A stretch of DNA of 20,000 bases from an uncultured virus (IMG/VR IMGVR_UViG_3300013383_000030) (Duplodnaviria; Heunggongvirae; Uroviricota; Caudoviricetes). The notes below the pieces were generated by a model. That model searched no databases. It was not told the DNA's origin and saw nothing but the letters and a program-made list of their open reading frames with translations. Within the stretch, counting starts at the first letter, position 1, and the number at the start of each line of letters is the position of its first letter. A program made the translations under genes and the position numbers. Below, one piece after another: positions 1-6,642 of this stretch. The DNA lies in the IMG/VR virus record IMGVR_UViG_3300013383_000030; one strand, 5' to 3'.

Positions 1-507
1 TCATTTGTTGGTGGTTGCGATAATACAACCAATGGAGACACATCATTCACATTTGGTTATCAATTATATAATAATGCTAAACATACTATGTTATTTGGTG
101 GTGAAGCATATGTTGGAAACATAGAAAGATCATTTGTATTTGCTCCAGTTTATCAAGGAAAAAATGAAAATGGTGCATATTTAGTCAGTAAACATGGTAT
201 TAATCCTACAAGTGATGCTGAAATAAAGAAACTAAGCTATGCATTTATCGTTAATTCTAATAAACATGATGGTCTAGATTCAATTGTTGTTAGATCTACT
301 GTTGATGGTAAAGCCGTATTCAAGACATTAAAAGAGTATATAGATGAAAATTACATCAACAAGTCATTGTTCGATTCGATTTCGTCCGACAAGAAATTCA
401 GTGCCGATGCCAAAGCAGACCTGACCACCAACGAAGGTAAAACAGACGCACTAAAACAAATTCTATTGTTGCTTGGAATGAAAGAATCAAACATCAAAAC
501 ACTTTAA
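1..507 (+). CDS. 3' part of an AT-rich hypothetical protein (starts before the window)
   Basis: Frame is open from position 1 to TAA at 505-507; followed by a hairpin. Confidence 0.75.
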   Translation, partial: SFVGGCDNTTNGDTSFTFGYQLYNNAKHTMLFGGEAYVGNIERSFVFAPVYQGKNENGAYLVSKHGINPTSDAEIKKLSYAFIVNSNKHDGLDSIVVRSTVDGKAVFKTLKEYIDENYINKSLFDSISSDKKFSADAKADLTTNEGKTDALKQILLLLGMKESNIKTL

Positions 508-525
508 GCAAAAGGAAAATCGTTT

Positions 526-561
526 GAAGCTGGCAATCACTGAAAATGATTGCCAGCTTTC
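526..561. terminator. Hairpin, probable intrinsic terminator
   Basis: GAAGCTGGCAATCA-CTGAAAA-TGATTGCCAGCTTT; lies between the + strand gene and the end of the - strand tRNA operon. Confidence 0.6.
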
Positions 562-573
562 AGCAAGTTAATT

Positions 574-605
574 GTGAACTCTATGCCATGCTAAAGACAT
601 GGCAT
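574..605 (-). mobile_element. Orphan IS200/IS605-type right-end hairpin (family A)
   Basis: GTGAACTCTATGCCATGCTAAAGACATGGCAT; one mismatch to the reverse complement of the tnpB end at 2269-2300. Confidence 0.75.
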
Positions 606-659
606 ACAATTATAATGCAATCGTACGATTTCTTGAAATGACGGCGACGTAGGTGTATG

Positions 660-687
660 ATTGTGAACTCTATATAGAGTTCACAAT
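660..687. repeat. Perfect 28-bp palindrome built from two family A IS termini
   Basis: ATTGTGAACTCTATATAGAGTTCACAAT. Confidence 0.8.
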
Positions 688-739
688 ATTTAAGCAGCTT
701 AAGAGTCATTTTGAAATTGACAAAGTCAAACTCTAAATT

Positions 740-827
740 TGGCGGAGAGACTGAGATTCGAACTCAGGAACCCTTTCGGATCAACGGTTTTCAAGACCGC
801 CGCATTCAACCGCTCTGCCATCTCTCC
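740..827 (-). tRNA. tRNA-Ser(TGA)
   Basis: GGAGAGA acceptor, GCGGT-CTTGAAA-ACCGT anticodon arm, long variable arm, GTTCGAAT T-loop, encoded CCA. Confidence 0.95.
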
Positions 828-1002
828 AAAATAAAAACATTCGATTTTCAAAGATCAATTTAGAACCATAAATGTTTATGAAAATTATATCTTAACTATT
901 TTTTCATTATCAACGAATTTTTGCAACTTCACTTTACTTTCACTACTTTTCTACAACAACCAGTTAAACTATCCAAATCATTTCTCCGTCATCATCGTGA
1001 AC

Positions 1003-1087
1003 TGGTCGGGGTGGGGAATTCCGAGATCCCAAGGCTTTCGCACATGATCCCAAATCATGCCCGCTTCCACTTACGGTCTACACCCCG
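1003..1087 (-). tRNA. tRNA-Pro(TGG), atypical variable and T arms
   Basis: CGGGGTG/CACCCCG acceptor, CATGA-TTTGGGA-TCATG anticodon arm, CCA end. Confidence 0.85.
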
Positions 1088-1094
1088 TTAAAAA

Positions 1095-1170
1095 TATAAA
1101 ACATGTCGGACTTGCACCGATACCGCACTCCACAAGAATGCCGCGCTTAAGCCTCTACGAAGCTTGCAAT
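1095..1170 (-). ncRNA. tRNA-like remnant (TGT loop) without a good acceptor stem
   Basis: GCTT..AAGC D-like arm, GCATT-CTTGTGG-AGTGC arm, TCGG-TGCAAGT-CCGA T-like arm. Confidence 0.4.
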
Positions 1171-1233
1171 CGACACGGAGGCGGACTGTTTCACGTTCAT
1201 TGTACTTCAGACGCTTCGACGATCCTTACACCA

Positions 1234-2259
1234 ATGCTGAAATGGTTTCTTATTTCTTCTCTGTCATCAAACATAGAAGTTCTAGGTTCTCAAATCAAAC
1301 AAACTATAATTTCAAGAATGATTTCAAATGAGAAGACCATCATGGCTTTGGTCAAGAAAGGTCTTCAGAAACATGGAAATCTTAAATTCAAAAGTAAACT
1401 CAATTGCATTCTTTTGAAGCAATATGGAACAACTTATTCTTTCAAATCTTTCAACAAGGTCAAAATCCAGGGTATTTCAGGAAAAGTTTTAGTCAGGACA
1501 GGAAACCAGCTTCAGATAGTAGATGAATTAGCAAATGCAAACTTAATCAAGAAACCAGATGGATTTTATTTGAAAGTGACAGCTTACATAAACAAAGAAA
1601 ATTTTAAAGAACAGAAGAAAAATGGAAAGGAAATCGGTCTTGATTTTGGTATCGAGACAAACATAACAACTAGTGAAGGTGAAAAACTTGATGTATCTAT
1701 TGAAGAAAGTGATCGTTTAAAGAAACTTCAAAAAGAAATGTTTCGAAAAGTAAAAGGATCAAACAACAGATACAAAACAATCAAGCTAATCCAAAGAGAG
1801 TACCAGAAGCTCTCAAACGGAAAACAAGACAAAGCAAACAAGATAGTTTCAAAACTGAAAAGATATGAAACTATTGTAATGCAAGATGAACAGATATCCA
1901 ACTGGCATAAAGGTTTGTTTGGAAAACAGATTCAACATAGTTGTCTAGGCTTGGTGAAAGCAAAACTGAGACGACTTCCTCAGACAATTATTCTTGACAA
2001 ATGGATTCCAACAACTAAATTATGTCCAAAATGTGGAACAATAAACAAATTCATAACTTTGAATGATAGAACTTATCATTGTGGTTGTGGATATGAATTT
2101 GACAGAGATATCCATTCAGCTAAGAACATGTTGTTCATCAAGGATCTTGTTTTCAAAAAGAACAATTTTGTACCGATGGAACATCGGGAAATCACGCTTG
2201 TGGAGTTCAAGACCTCTGTCAATGATGCTTGTAGTATTGTTGATAAGTCTGAACGATGA
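1234..2259 (+). CDS. tnpB: TnpB-family RNA-guided nuclease, probably N-terminally truncated; start uncertain
   Basis: RuvC-I GLDFG, RuvC-II region IVMQDE, zinc finger CPKCG..CGCG, RuvC-III DRDIHSAKN. The ORF extension to 1057 overlaps tRNA-Pro in antisense and is unlikely to be real. Confidence 0.9.
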   Translation: MLKWFLISSLSSNIEVLGSQIKQTIISRMISNEKTIMALVKKGLQKHGNLKFKSKLNCILLKQYGTTYSFKSFNKVKIQGISGKVLVRTGNQLQIVDELANANLIKKPDGFYLKVTAYINKENFKEQKKNGKEIGLDFGIETNITTSEGEKLDVSIEESDRLKKLQKEMFRKVKGSNNRYKTIKLIQREYQKLSNGKQDKANKIVSKLKRYETIVMQDEQISNWHKGLFGKQIQHSCLGLVKAKLRRLPQTIILDKWIPTTKLCPKCGTINKFITLNDRTYHCGCGYEFDRDIHSAKNMLFIKDLVFKKNNFVPMEHREITLVEFKTSVNDACSIVDKSER

Positions 2260-2300
2260 AACAAGAAGATGCCATGTTTTTAGCATGGCATAGAGTTCAC
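2160..2300 (+). mobile_element. tnpB right end / putative omegaRNA scaffold ending ...GATGCCATGTTTTTAGCATGGCATAGAGTTCAC (5' limit approximate)
   Basis: Subterminal hairpin and TTCAC terminus directly after tnpB; the same end recurs elsewhere in the window. Confidence 0.7.
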
Positions 2301-2304
2301 ACTT

Positions 2305-2382
2305 TGGAGCATCGGATGGGACTCGAACCCACAAAAAATCCACATTGGAAGTGTGGTGCATTGCCATTCTGCTCACCGATGC
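2305..2382 (-). tRNA. tRNA-Gly(TCC)
   Basis: GCATCGG/CCGATGC acceptor, CCACA-CTTCCAA-TGTGG anticodon arm, GGTTCGAGTCC, U73 followed by CCA. Confidence 0.93.
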
Positions 2383-2435
2383 ATTGAAATATCTGAAGCC
2401 GCATGACTTCTCTGCCAATCTCGCATTGAAAGGTT

Positions 2436-2518
2436 TGGAGCCGGAAGTCCGATTTGAACGGACGGTGTGGAATTCCTACTTACAAAGTAGGCACTTTCGA
2501 CCTCTCAGTCATTCCGGC
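2436..2518 (-). tRNA. tRNA-Thr(TGT), enlarged variable loop
   Basis: GCCGGAA/TTCCGGC acceptor, CCTAC-TTTGTAA-GTAGG anticodon arm, GTTCAAAT T-loop, CCA. Confidence 0.9.
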
Positions 2519-2545
2519 ATTTTAAAATCTTCTTTACCAAAATTT

Positions 2546-2617
2546 CGCACCTACGAGGAATCGAACCTCGAACCGATGATTAGAAATCACCTATTATATC
2601 CATTTAACTATAGGTGC
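2546..2617 (-). tRNA. tRNA-Arg(TCT), no encoded CCA
   Basis: GCACCTA/TAGGTGC acceptor, GGTGA-TTTCTAA-TCATC anticodon arm, GGTTCGATTCC. Confidence 0.92.
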
Positions 2618-2625
2618 ATAAAATA

Positions 2626-3252
2626 TCATGCTTCAATGCCTGTGATGATTTTGTTCATTATTTTCTTCCTGATGATCTTCTCGATTCCAGGACTCACATG
2701 GTATACGTCCTTCAACATGATGCTCCTCACGTAGTTCCTCGTTATTGAGGTGTCTAGGTTGCTCCTGTCGAGTACGTATTCGACATGATGTCTTTCAATC
2801 CACCCCTCGATTTCCGCTTTCGAGACGAGGAGCATTGGGCGGAAGATGTTGAACTTCGGGTTGTGGTAAGGAATCAGCCTTGGGTTTCCGGTGAGGGAGG
2901 TCATGACCCAAGTCTCGATGCAGTCCTTCAGGTGATGAGCCATGAGAATCGGCTCGTCTGAGAACTTCTTCAGAAAAGAATACCTGCAGTTCCTCCAGTA
3001 CTCCTCCTGTGATTCGTTTTTCTTTCTGTTCCTGCCAATCTTCCCGAGATGGAGTTCGATGCTGTTTTTTTCGCAATAGGCTTTGATGAAATCCTCGGCT
3101 TCCTGGCAGCATTCCGTTCCGTGGTTGAAGTGGAGGATGTCGAAGCTGTTCCTGGGGTATCTCCTCAGGAAGTCGACAAGAACCATCGAGTCGCTTCCGC
3201 CCGAACATGCAACGTGGAAATGCTGCTTTGGGATATTTCCAAGAATTTTCAT
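2626..3252 (-). CDS. tilS: tRNA(Ile)-lysidine synthetase, compact 208-aa form
   Basis: PP-loop ACSGGSDS, HFNHG, RNCRY, AHHLKDCIET, RPML, DRSN, RNYVR motifs; SD AAGGAAAAC before ATG at 3252. Confidence 0.92.
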   Translation of the reverse strand: MKILGNIPKQHFHVACSGGSDSMVLVDFLRRYPRNSFDILHFNHGTECCQEAEDFIKAYCEKNSIELHLGKIGRNRKKNESQEEYWRNCRYSFLKKFSDEPILMAHHLKDCIETWVMTSLTGNPRLIPYHNPKFNIFRPMLLVSKAEIEGWIERHHVEYVLDRSNLDTSITRNYVRSIMLKDVYHVSPGIEKIIRKKIMNKIITGIEA

Positions 3253-3271
3253 GTTTTCCTTTGTGTTTAAG

Positions 3272-3360
3272 TGGCTTCCCCCGTGGGAGTCGAACCCACA
3301 ATGTCCGTTTCCGGACAAGAGATTAGGAATCTCTCCGAGTGTCCATTGTCGCAGGGGGAA
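3272..3360 (-). tRNA. tRNA with CCT (Arg) anticodon and a class II long variable arm
   Basis: TTCCCCC/GGGGGAA acceptor, AGAGA-TTCCTAA-TCTCT anticodon arm, TGTCC-GGAAAC-GGACA variable arm, GTGGG-TTCGACT-CCCAC T arm, G73 followed by CCA. Confidence 0.88.
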
Positions 3361-3436
3361 TTTGAAAATGTTATCGTAGTCAACCCCATCTATGTGTCTT
3401 CTGTGGGATATAACCATCTGCGTACTTCTTGAAATT

Positions 3437-3491
3437 GTCAGATACCCACAGCTGAAGACCTGACATCTTTCTCGTCAAGTTTTCTGTAAAA
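3437..3491 (-). mobile_element. Chimeric mini IS-end element
   Basis: TTTTACAGAAAACTTGACGAGAAAGATGTCAGGTCTTCAGC matches 13822-13878, but it ends in a different terminus, TGTGGGTATCTGAC. Confidence 0.6.
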
Positions 3492-3493
3492 TG

Positions 3494-3567
3494 TCCTCTC
3501 GGTTGGATTTGCACCAACAACGGATCGGGTATGAGCCGACTAGTCTCACTAATTGACTTACGAGAGG
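3494..3567 (-). tRNA. tRNA-CAT (Ile2 or Met), no encoded CCA
   Basis: CCTCTCG/CGAGAGG acceptor, AGTC/GACT D-stem, GTCGG-CTCATAC-CCGAT anticodon arm, GTTGG-TGCAAAT-CCAAC T arm. Confidence 0.88.
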
Positions 3568-3579
3568 TAGAAATCGAAA

Positions 3580-3682
3580 TGCTCCGTAAAAGACCGGAAT
3601 GAAAGAAAACGGCTGAAACCAGGAGCGTCCGGTTTGGATTGAGAAAGGAGACCAAACCGAGTTTCATTTTTTAACGAAAGAA
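3580..3682 (-). ncRNA. Putative structured small RNA 1 with CU-rich loops
   Basis: CGGTTTGG-TCTCCTTTCTCAAT-CCAAACCG hairpin and GCTCC...GGAGC stem, preceded by TTCTTTCGTTAAAAAA. Confidence 0.45.
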
Positions 3683-3684
3683 GC

Positions 3685-3758
3685 TGGTGGACCGAAGGGT
3701 AGTCGAAACCCTAATCCCTGAATGCAAATCAGGAGTTATGCCGTTTAACTATCAGCCC
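3685..3758 (-). tRNA. tRNA-Ala(TGC)
   Basis: G3:U70 pair (GGGCTGA/TCGGTCC), CCTGA-TTTGCAT-TCAGG anticodon arm, A73 followed by CCA. Confidence 0.93.
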
Positions 3759-3761
3759 AGT

Positions 3762-3849
3762 TATAGTGGGAGTGGAAGTCGAACCAAACGTGTGATTGCT
3801 CACTGGAGGTTATGAGCCTCCTGGACTTGAGTCCATGTCCGATCCTATA
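3762..3849 (-). tRNA. Atypical tRNA-like RNA with CAT anticodon
   Basis: TGGAC-TCAA-GTCCA D arm, GGAGG-CTCATAA-CCTCC anticodon arm, GTGA-GCAA-TCAC variable arm, GGTTCGAC T-loop; interrupted acceptor stem. Confidence 0.6.
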
Positions 3850-3861
3850 CTCTGAAAAAAT

Positions 3862-3982
3862 ACACCTGTCACAAACACCGGAGATGATGGCCGGAGAAAC
3901 CCAACAGGCATTGGAACGAGGGAAAGAAAGGGAAGCCCTCGTTTCCGGATTTCTTTTTTTAACGAAAGAAAATGAAAAGGGG
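3862..3982 (-). ncRNA. Putative structured small RNA 2 with CU-rich loop
   Basis: AACGAGGG-CTTCCCTTTCTTT-CCCTCGTT hairpin and CCTGT...ACAGG stem, preceded by CCTTTTCATTTTCTTTCGTTAAAAAAA. Confidence 0.45.
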
Positions 3983-3984
3983 GT

Positions 3985-4125
3985 GGGATGTGGTTTTCCC
4001 AAAAATATAAAAATAGGAACATCCCGTGCCCCGGTACGTTGGTCTGGATGATTGTCTCTTCGATTTTCCCTTTCCAGACCAACCGCGCACGACCTGAACC
4101 CTGTTTATCCTCGTCGTGCCGAGTC
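3985..4125 (-). ncRNA. Putative multi-stem RNA in the operon leader
   Basis: Perfect stems GTTGGTCTGGA/TCCAGACCAAC (11 bp), GCACGAC/GTCGTGC and GGGATG/CATCCC. Confidence 0.45.
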
Positions 4126-4185
4126 CAAGTGCTTTTTTCAAAACGCTTGTTTTTGTTTTGTTCTTTTTTTCAAGAAATCGTTCGG

Positions 4186-4198
4186 TTGTCAAAGAGCT
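4186..4198 (-). promoter_or_regulatory. boxA-like antitermination site
   Basis: AGCTCTTTGACAA versus consensus TGCTCTTTAACA, about 30 nt after the promoter; similar sites at 4308-4319 and 845-857. Confidence 0.6.
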
Positions 4199-4229
4199 TC
4201 GTCCATTCAAGAACTTCGTTTGTGCCAGT

Positions 4230-4258
4230 ATTATATCATTTTGTTTCGGGTTTGTCAA
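4230..4258 (-). promoter_or_regulatory. sigma70 promoter P2 of the tRNA operon
   Basis: TTGACA-17 bp-TATAAT with extended TG. Confidence 0.88.
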
Positions 4259-4370
4259 GAGGTTTTTCACCTTTTCCTTCCCTTCACAAAGAAGTTTTTG
4301 ACGAACATTTCAAAGAGCGTCGAGGTCGTTTGATTTAGTCGTGTTTTCCTCGTTCCTCACGACGCCGCAT

Positions 4371-4398
4371 ATTATAGCATGTGGCAGGCTGATGTCAA
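4371..4398 (-). promoter_or_regulatory. sigma70 promoter P1 of the tRNA operon
   Basis: TTGACA-16 bp-TATAAT with extended TG. Confidence 0.85.
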
Positions 4399-4584
4399 GA
4401 CCGTTTTCGCTTTCCGTTCAAAAAGATTCGGGACGGCTTTCGACCGTCCCGTCCCCCCCCTATGTATGGAAGCACATGTCAGGCGGTCGTGGAACAATGG
4501 CTTCCGGGAGCATATTTAGGTATGTTCTTTGAATTAGCATTGTTCTCCGGCTTCCCGCTCATGTGTCCACAATTTTCAGTCGTT

Positions 4585-4732
4585 GAAATGCAGCCATCTT
4601 CAGTCGATGCGTAGTTGACGTTTACAATAAAATTAACGAGAAAGATGCCACGTTTTTAGCGTGGCATAGAGTTCACTATTGAAAAAATGTTCTACTGATT
4701 CATGGCAACCGCTGAAGACAGGTTGCATTTTC
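4585..4732. mobile_element. Cluster of three orphan IS-end hairpins (family B at 4585-4619, family A at 4622-4676, inverted B-like at 4703-4732)
   Basis: GAAATGCAGCCATCTTCAGTCGATGCGTAGTTGAC; ...GAAAGATGCCACGTTTTTAGCGTGGCATAGAGTTCAC; GCAACCGCTGAAGACAGGTTGC. Confidence 0.65.
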
Positions 4733-4753
4733 TCAGCATAGGAGTTATAAACC

Positions 4754-5317
4754 TCACGAGACGAAATACACCATTCCGTTCCATTTCACAAGGACGGACT
4801 CCTGCTTGAACGCGTTCCTGAGCTCCTCGGCAATCTTGAACAGTGTGTCCTTTCCGATTCCAACGACGTCGATGCTGATGGAATTCTCATTGAATGTCTT
4901 CCCTGTCTTCTGTTCGGTGTATGTTCCGACAAGATATCGTCCGATTGTCCATGCATAGACTTCATGTTTCCTGCGGATCTTGTCAAGAATCTTCATTGCG
5001 AAACGCCTGTTCTTGAATGTCTCGTAGATCTGCATAAGCTTGTTCTTGAAGGAATTCTTGGACAGTTCAACTGAATTGACATCAGTGGAGAACACAATCG
5101 TACCTCCATTTGCAGGATTGGATGTGAAGAGGTATTTCTCCCACCTATCCTTTATATCCTCACCTTCGTCGATGAACGTGATGTCACTTTTGTCAGCGAT
5201 GACATAGAGGCATCTGTCACGAGTTGGGGTAATTTCGAACTCACCCCTGTTCTCCATGTTCTTCATTGCCTCGAAAAGGCTACTTCCGCCACCGAGTATT
5301 GCCTTTGCGCTATGCAT
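4754..5317 (-). CDS. Hypothetical protein, C-terminal part similar to phage SAM lyases
   Basis: GTYTE...NENSISI...AFKQESVLV pattern resembles T3 SAMase GCYRE..EEKTV..EQDCVLV (recalled from memory). Confidence 0.55.
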   Translation of the reverse strand: MHSAKAILGGGSSLFEAMKNMENRGEFEITPTRDRCLYVIADKSDITFIDEGEDIKDRWEKYLFTSNPANGGTIVFSTDVNSVELSKNSFKNKLMQIYETFKNRRFAMKILDKIRRKHEVYAWTIGRYLVGTYTEQKTGKTFNENSISIDVVGIGKDTLFKIAEELRNAFKQESVLVKWNGMVYFVS

Positions 5318-5333
5318 TTCACTCTCCCGAGAA

Positions 5334-5945
5334 TCAAAAAATCCGATTCAGTTTCTCGCATTCCGAAACCGCGTCGGGGTTGGATTTTTCAGCAACATAC
5401 AGGCTCTTCAGCGAAAAAACATGCTTTCCCTTGACGATTTGGCTGGCAGGACCTCCGATGCGTTTCTCGAAGATGTCCTTGGCAAGGTTGAGGTTAAGCA
5501 TTGTATTCGACTTCGTGTCGAACATCCTAATCACGTCGTCGACATTGTGTCTCTTTCCTTCGTAGTCCGTAAACGGTGTCGTGCAAACCTCGGCGCACTT
5601 GTCTTTCGACTTGAAGATGATGCTCGACTGCTCGTACTTGTTTCCGAGTTCCATCGCGTCTTGCAGGGAGATGTTGAAAACCATGAGGGAACGTTCGTCA
5701 GATGCCTCCGATTCACCCGTCTTCTCATTTGTTTCAACCCATCTGGCGACAAGTTCGATAAAACCCAGATTCAGCTTGTCCCTGACTATTCTCTTAAGTT
5801 CTTGAAGATCTGAACGGTTCTCCCTCTCCGTTTTCGGCTCGCCGTTCGCCCTTTCGGATCTGTATGTCGAAATCATCGCAAGCGTCTTTTCGTCCTGAAG
5901 ATGCTTGATTAGCCTTGTCTTTGAAATCTCGTTGACCATTTCCAT
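5334..5945 (-). CDS. Putative SAM lyase-like protein
   Basis: MISTYRS...ENR...WVE...DERSLMV...KYEQSSIIF; SD AAGGA upstream. Confidence 0.6.
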   Translation of the reverse strand: MEMVNEISKTRLIKHLQDEKTLAMISTYRSERANGEPKTERENRSDLQELKRIVRDKLNLGFIELVARWVETNEKTGESEASDERSLMVFNISLQDAMELGNKYEQSSIIFKSKDKCAEVCTTPFTDYEGKRHNVDDVIRMFDTKSNTMLNLNLAKDIFEKRIGGPASQIVKGKHVFSLKSLYVAEKSNPDAVSECEKLNRIF

Positions 5946-5960
5946 GATTCTATTCCTTTA

Positions 5961-5989
5961 TATAATATATAATATATAATATATATAAT
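5961..5989. repeat. Short tandem repeat (TATAATA) x3-4
   Basis: tataatatataatatataatatatataat in the intergenic region. Confidence 0.7.
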
Positions 5990-6018
5990 TACAGGATATT
6001 TCGATTTCCCGGAACTGC

Positions 6019-6573
6019 TCACAAAATAGGAAACAGTCTTTCTTCACGTGAGAATACGGTCGGTTTCGGATCCTCTACCTTATAAACTCCACTCAATGTG
6101 TATGAATTCCCATCACCGTTGGATTTGCCGCCGGGACAACCAACGCGTCTTGTGAAAATTTCCCTCGCCATGTCGGGTGTCTTGACATCGAAAGTCCTGA
6201 CGACGTCTCCTTCACGATATCTTTTCCCATCAAAGTCCGTGTATGGGATTGTGCATATCTCCCGGCATTCACTCCCTGTCTTGAATATAATGCTCAACTG
6301 GTTGTATTCCTTGCCAAGCAACATTGCCGTTTTCAATGGAATGTCGAAAACCATTGAACAGAATTCTTTAACATTTTCCGTATCATTCGTCTTGTCATCG
6401 GTTCTAGACCATTTTAAGAAAAACTGCGTGACATAGAACTTCAGATGCCGGATTGACCATTTGAGACCACTCCGAGCCTCTTGGATTTCATCTTCTGTCA
6501 TTCCATTTTTATATGCTGAAATCAGAGCATAAGACTTATACGTCTGGAACACGTTGAGAAAGTTTTCTTTCAT
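6019..6573 (-). CDS. Paralog of 5334-5945, SAM lyase-like
   Basis: LISAYK, KEFCSMVFDI, LGKEYNQLSIIFK and CTIPYTDFDGKR align with the neighbour; start placed at MKENF because the longer ORF runs into an IS end. Confidence 0.7.
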   Translation of the reverse strand: MKENFLNVFQTYKSYALISAYKNGMTEDEIQEARSGLKWSIRHLKFYVTQFFLKWSRTDDKTNDTENVKEFCSMVFDIPLKTAMLLGKEYNQLSIIFKTGSECREICTIPYTDFDGKRYREGDVVRTFDVKTPDMAREIFTRRVGCPGGKSNGDGNSYTLSGVYKVEDPKPTVFSREERLFPIL

Positions 6574-6587
6574 AATTTTCAACCGAG

Positions 6588-6622
6588 GAAACGCAGCCAT
6601 CTTCAGTCGGTGCGTAGTTGAC
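6588..6622 (+). mobile_element. Orphan IS end, family B
   Basis: GAAACGCAGCCATCTTCAGTCGGTGCGTAGTTGAC; two mismatches to 4585-4619. Confidence 0.65.
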
Positions 6623-6642
6623 GTTATCATAGTTTTTTGGTT

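Noticed and set aside
1057..1233. N-terminal extension of the 400-aa tnpB ORF
   Set aside because: Overlaps tRNA-Pro and a tRNA-like segment in antisense; composition differs from the rest of tnpB.
3272..3360. Amber suppressor (CTA) reading of this tRNA
   Set aside because: The 7-nt loop TTCCTAA centres on CCT, not CTA.
3253..3417. N-terminal extension of tilS
   Set aside because: Runs through a tRNA gene; there is a good SD at the 3252 start.
2063..4532. Many short ORFs across the tRNA operon
   Set aside because: They overlap tRNAs, promoters or tilS and lack SDs or recognisable motifs.
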